Below are positions 48,887 through 50,782 of a stretch of DNA of 50,782 bases, piece by piece. The stretch lies in contig FLMG01000978.1 in the NCBI GenBank assembly GCA_900088475.1, positions 1 to 50,782 of the forward strand. The letters run 5' to 3'. Under the pieces are notes generated by a model that saw only the letters and a program-made list of their open reading frames with translations, had not been told where the DNA came from and did no database searches. Source of the DNA: Hyphochytrium catenoides. Taxonomy: Eukaryota > Protista > Hyphochytriomycota. The first letter of the stretch is position 1. Every line of letters begins with the position of its first letter. A program made the translations under genes and the position numbers.

Positions 48887-50456
48887 GTGTGCACTTCCTC
48901 TTTTATCGGGCTACTCATCATGCTCAGTACTACCTACTACCCTCCTTTGTCTCCCTAGAAAGGGGACCTTGAGAGAAGAGAGGCATGGTTCTCGTCCTTT
49001 CCTCCGAGCCACAGGGCTCACAATGACTGAGTTCTTCCGCTACAAAAGCCCTTTCTTCATCTTCTCTCAGAAGAAGTTCTCTGTTCTCTCTCTTCTTTCA
49101 GCCACTGAAATTCTGTGCGATGCTGCTGCTTCTACTTCCTCCTACCAATCTTTTGCCATTTCCTCCTTCTCTATCATCATCTTTCTCTTCTTCTTCTTCT
49201 CTCTTTCACTCTTGGAAGAAAGCAAAGCGAAGCCCTATATCTACGTCGTCATTAGCATCGATCATCAGCCGCCACCGATCAACTCATAGGAAGACAGAAT
49301 CCCAGCATTAGCGGACCTGCACGAGGTGTATGTACCATTATATCCTACAGAAGAGGAGCAAAAGGTAGACAGAGCAGAAGAAGATAGAAAGAGAGAGAGA
49401 GAGACAGGCACAGCGAGCAGAGAGAAAGAGACGGAAATGGGGGAGAAACAGAGCAGGTGATCGATAGAGCCAAAAGAAGGACGAGTGAACAGTTATATGC
49501 CGGCGTCTGCTGCCAAAAGAGAGAGGTTTTCCAGCTACTGATGATGTTTAGACCGCACGACCAGACAGCGGAACCGAGGGAAGCGGACACATAGGAGAGA
49601 TAAAGAGCGATAAATTCAGTGCGAGGAGGAAGGTGGTCACGGGAAGCTCAAAATCTTAGGCAGAGAAGAGAATGCACGACCGAAGAGGAAACAAGGAAGA
49701 AGCTTTGAACTGACATCCAGGCGCTGAAGCAAGCAGCCACCTCATCCATCGCCCTGCGAGGTTCCTCCTAACCTGTGGCTGAGGGATGAGAGAAGATCAT
49801 CAAGCGTGTCCACTATTTTTAACAGCTGACGGGACACGGGAGCAATAAACAGGAAGGGACAACGAAGAGAGGAATGAGGCACAAGCGCTAAGGCTAGTAA
49901 CTCTGTCTGTTTATTGTCTCTCTTTGATTTGGTCTGTCCTTCTCGAACTACGCTCTGACACCACGTCGAAGGGTCCTTCTTCTTGTTCTCCCTGTTCGAT
50001 CGATCCACCAAGTGTCCTACGATCATTGTAGTCTATCCTACTAGCGCGCCCACCTTGCTTCCTCATCCTTGTTGCTTCTCTTTGCTGCCCTTCTTCTTCG
50101 TGCTCCACTTTCCCGTGCAAGATCCTCGCCCATCCTCCATCCTCGTCCGTCCTCTCTTCGTCGTTCCTTGCAGCCTTCTCCTCCTCTCCTGCTGCTTACT
50201 TCTTCCTGTTGTCTCGGCTCTCTCTTTCTTCGTCTTGCTTTCAGTATCTTCTCCTAGGGGTGGTTGGTATGATGATAATGCACTCCTCACATAAGCTCAA
50301 AGCCTTCATCGCCCTTCATCAACTTCATTTCCTTTCCCGTCGTCGTGCTCCCTCTCTCGTCTCTCCTCCTCTCACCTCTGTCTCTCATCGTACTTCCTCC
50401 TCTCTTCTTCTCTCCTCTTCTCCCGCTTTCTCGCTCCAATTGACCTCTTCCCTGGT

Positions 50457-50459
<3 letters not shown>

Positions 50460-50505
<46 letters not shown>
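50460..50505. repeat. (CT)n microsatellite
   Basis: Perfect CT run. Confidence 0.9.
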
Positions 50506-50506
<1 letters not shown>

Positions 50507-50782
50507 GCTCACACTGTTGCTCTATCAGTGATGATGACTTATCAGGATTTAATGGACGGAGAGGAGGGAAGTGATGCGGGGTGGAGGTCGCTGGAGGTAG
50601 ATTTCTTCCCTCTTCTAACTATTTCTTAGGCCATCTGGAGGCCTCCCCCTGGACCCATGAGGAGCCAGAAGTAAACGACCCAAAAGAACGATCGAACACC
50701 TCCAATAAGGACCGGTAGGACAATGGCCTCCACGTTGAAGGGGATTTATCTGTTATGACACCTTGGTCCTTGGATAGAGGTA

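Noticed and set aside
1-50782. Alternative genetic code, selenocysteine or non-GT-AG introns
   Set aside because: All reconstructed genes splice with GT-AG and standard stops. The only exceptions are ERCC6L intron 2 and one WRAP53 donor hidden in an N gap.

Overview
This is eukaryotic, intron-rich genomic DNA with GT-AG introns of about 70-510 nt, abundant (CT)n/(GA)n tracts and three N gaps. Gene content (CEP70, 7TM-RGS, HAL-fused HisRS, RxL-type precursors) suggests a flagellate protist, possibly a stramenopile; this is inference. I reconstructed 13 protein genes by hand-splicing: histidyl-tRNA synthetase with an N-terminal ammonia-lyase-like domain, Hsp110, WRAP53/TCAB1, a DAO-family FAD oxidoreductase, peroxisomal sarcosine/pipecolate oxidase, an intronless 4CL/luciferase-like acyl-CoA ligase, CEP70-like, TRIP4/Rqt4-like, ERCC6L/PICH, a secreted Cys-rich peptide precursor, a 7TM-RGS protein, a secreted protein with a bacterial-like domain, plus one weak orphan. 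The left 38 kb is dense, mostly housekeeping sequence. The right 12 kb is gene-sparse and holds the best candidate for an undescribed system: two secreted precursors with R-x-L-Q processing-like motifs flanking a 7TM-RGS gene on the same strand. Other oddities are a HAL-like domain lacking the MIO loop, a Rqt4 zinc finger missing four of eight ligands, and a missing splice acceptor in ERCC6L. I found no tRNA, rRNA, CRISPR array or autonomous transposon. Family assignments come from motif recognition, not database searches.
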